DNA of 64,000 nucleotides from Eledone cirrhosa (Eukaryota): positions 169,632,001 through 169,696,000 of the forward strand of contig OZ024741.1 in NCBI GenBank assembly GCA_964016885.1. Direction: 5' to 3'. Below the pieces are notes generated by a model, which saw nothing but the letters and a program-made list of their open reading frames with translations, was not told where the DNA came from and did no database searches. Numbering within the stretch: position 1 is the first letter of the stretch; the number at the start of each line of letters is the position of its first letter. The position numbers were made by a program, and so were the translations under genes. Below are positions 59,032-64,000 of this stretch, in pieces.

Positions 59032-60600
59032 TTTACGTATCGAGAAAGAGAGAAAAAAAATGGAGGGATAAGTGATACATATAGTTATTTGCCAAGTAGC
59101 GTATGCCAAAGGTGCTCGATACTAGTGCCGGCAGTATTAAATATTCGAAGTGTTAATATTTAGTGGGCTAGAGAGTTAGCAGAGCGTAAGCACGTGGGAA
59201 AGTGAAAAATCGGAGAATAGACCGTTAAAACATGTTTATTGAAAATATCACCTACGTACGTTTCGCCCAGTTGGGCTTCTCAAGGGCATAAACAGTCACA
59301 AGTGTTCCTTATATAGTTTGGAAAGAGATTTGGGGGTTAAATCGACATCAAGATTCACCCCTCGCAAAAATATCTTGTTTTGATTTTGCAGCAGGTCAAG
59401 GGAGGTAACTTTGGCCGGTGTTAGGGCAGTCTTTCCCGGATAATTTTTGGTATGCAGGGATCGTTTTCTGGGTGTTGTTTTTCTGCGCCTGCCTGTCGGG
59501 GTGTTAAGACTTGTTGCAGGGAGATCCAGTGTGTTATTTCACTCTCCATTCTTAACCCATCTAAAGAAGGATCTTTTTAAGCGATGTGTACAACTTATCG
59601 CTGTTTCAGCTCTGCTGTTGATGAGCTCGTGGGGTGCAGTTATGATGTGGTAGAGCTCCATGAGGCAAAGATCGCATTTCCTCTTGAAGTTGTACGGTGC
59701 AGCCCTGTCGACAATCTCCCAGTGCGTGGAGAAGCTAACGTCTAAGTCATGTAGTCCGCGAGCGAGGTGGAGTGCCTTAGTTTTCTATTTGTGAAAGAGT
59801 GGAGATGTGTTCGAAACCTAATTTTGAACGGGCCGGAGGTGGCCCCTATATAATGTTTAACGCTATTGTGGCTAGTAATAGTGCATCTATATATAACCCT
59901 ATCGGTCAAGCAGTATCCTCTAAGGGGGCACCGTCCTCTGTCGCGGCAGTTGCAATTTATGTCGCTGTTCCGTCTATTTCCCACGATAAGGCTATCATTG
60001 TTGCTGCCTACGTTGTTAGCTGTACTACCGCAGCTGTCGTTAGCACAATTACAACCCACAGCACGCGGGATGGTGCGATTGTTATTCCGCACGCCATGTT
60101 TTGCATGCTCCCCAGTCACTTCGCGGTCATTCTGGTTGCGTCTGCGGATGCCGTTGCCAACACTATTGGATGCTGTCAGGGAGTTGCTAAGGCCGATACA
60201 GTTATTGTCAGGTGTAGGTGCGTCTGCGTCGAGGTGCTGTGTCTTGGTGATCTTACTGTGGTTCGTTGTTCCTATGATGTCTGCTAGGTTAGGAGTAGTA
60301 GAGAAGGATATTTTTATATTGTTCTTATTAAGAATTTTTCTATACCTATGGTTGGGTGGGAAGTTCTTCTCTAAGGCTTCGAAGAATATCCGGGGTATGT
60401 TGGAGGCCACACTTCGAGAGTAGGGGTGGGGGTGTGGGTGTGGGGGTGTGGGGGGATGGGGGGTGGGGTGGAACCATAGGACGTTACGGTGGCGATTACG
60501 TGTCCTTGTACTTTTGCTACGGGTGGTTCCATCTAAGTGATCGCTCTTATGTGTGTTAATGCGCTGTCGCCCGTTCGGTGCCCCTTTCACTTTATGCTCG
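59028..60600 (-). mobile_element. Penelope-like element 3' part: linker, GIY-YIG endonuclease and family B pLTR
   Basis: WF.P..S..V..NI...F, CNCRDRGRCPLRGYC, VIY..YIG, FKIRFRTHLHSF, WEIVD..A.Y..KCDLC. The pLTR carries an HHR at 59250-59287. Confidence 0.85.
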
Positions 60601-60677
60601 GGTGCACTCTTTCTACCACCCTGAAATTCATCCAGTTTGATATAGATAGATACTACGCCTCTATCTCCCCCATACTC

Positions 60678-62428
<1,751 letters not shown>

Positions 62429-62558
62429 GGTATATATATATATATTATGTTATATATATATATATGTAGGTATATATATATGTATATATATTATATGTAA
62501 ATTCATAATTGGAAGAAGCCACTAAGATAGATTCATAAGAAAATTAACTGTACTTTTT

Positions 62559-62619
<61 letters not shown>

Positions 62620-64000
62620 GGTGTATATATATATATATATATATATACATAAGCCTATTTATATGTATGCAGTGATGTCATGATGTCTAAATACATGTGT
62701 GTATCTGTCTTTGTAAGCGTGTGTGTGTAAGTTGCACAAGAACTCCGCTAGCGAATCTGAAATTCATCTCATTAGGATATCGGAGATTCTGTAACGTTTC
62801 TGTAAGACAATTCCACAGCGAAACACTCCCACGCTCGCAAACAGACACCCACGCTTATACATACTCGCTGATAAACTGATACACACTCACACATACACAC
62901 ACATACACACACATACACTGTAACACACATATACACACACATACACAGTCACACACACATATATACTCACACACACACATAAATATATATATTACAATGT
63001 GGGTCTATGTACGTATATTTCTGTTGTACATTCAGTTAACCCCCTCCCTATCACATATGATCAACTAATCAGGTTATTGCAGGTGTCTTCAGCCAATAGT
63101 TTCTCTCATACGGAACACAATACGAACAATGCAACTTAAATTTTCACCTACTCTATCTATCGATTCTATCATACATCTTAATTTCATTCTATGTACAAGA
63201 CACTACGAGGTTCTTCAACCTGCTAGAAATAGCAGGTAAAAATTCTCTGAAGACGCACTTTAACATACGAAATAATTATTTTTAATTGTGGCACAAGGGC
63301 AGCAATTTAGGGAAAAATCAATTATATCGACCCCAGCAATTAACGGGTACATTATTTTATCGACTCCATATTTTGCAGCATAGAGTTACGTCCCTTTACG
63401 GTCCGAGTTCAAATCCCGCCGAGGTTAACTTTGCCTTTCATTCTTACGGGGTCGATAAAATAAAGCACCAGTAACGTACTGGGTCGATTTAATCGACTTT
63501 CCCCTCTCCCCCCAAAAAATTACTGGCCTTGTAGAAATCATTATTTTATCGTCGACTCCAGAAGGACGAAAGGCAAAGTTGACCACGGTGAGATTTGAAC
63601 TCAGTACATAGAAAGTCGTAACTAAATAAAAGTATGTCGTCCGACATTGATTCCGCCAATGCACCGTGCGAAATTACGGAAGTTACATTAGACAATGTAG
63701 TTTCTGATATCTATAAAGACAGTAGGTCACAAGTGGAACGCATATATTCTTAGCTCTGTTCGACTGAGATATATGAAGAGCTAAGTAAAAACGAAGACAA
63801 GCTCTGTGTACCTGAAATATTTCGTAATCTTTTGAGAACAATTGGTAATACATAACCAAAATAGATTACCACTCTCCAAGAAAACATCGGCAGACTACGG
63901 AAAAATATTGGATAATTGGATATTATTATTAAATGCAAGGGTGGTGGATTGGCAGTATCGGTAGATGGTTCAACGCCATGCTTTCCAGCATAGTTACGTC

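Overview
Eukaryotic, gene-poor, AT-rich DNA made almost entirely of microsatellites and transposon debris. The tRNA-derived SINE and the repeat mix suggest an invertebrate, possibly a cephalopod mollusc (inference). No intact host gene is supportable, and most listed ORFs are translations of (TA)n/(CA)n tracts. Recognisable elements are a near full-length but disrupted Helitron (24321-31051) with a tandem non-autonomous copy, an R4/Dong-type RLE LINE (19235-23192) interrupted by a solo LTR, and further R4, RTE and Tx1/L1 fragments. There are also three Penelope-like element (PLE) coding relics, an LTR with a tRNA-Trp primer binding site, and 64-bp and 59-bp satellites. The main unexplained signal is a set of roughly ten sequence-unrelated short elements that carry type I hammerhead ribozyme (HHR) motifs, nearly all inserted in (TA)n tracts and often as head-to-head fold-backs. 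The clearest case is 54991-58959: about 7 near-identical 555-bp ORF-less monomers, each with a complete HHR, arranged as about 3.2 minus-strand plus about 4 plus-strand copies. This looks like a retrozyme (circular RNA) copied by rolling-circle reverse transcription from both sides of a (TA)n break. Two further HHR-bearing tandem units of 483 bp and 320 bp lie nearby. All structures were read by eye; none were folded or searched computationally.
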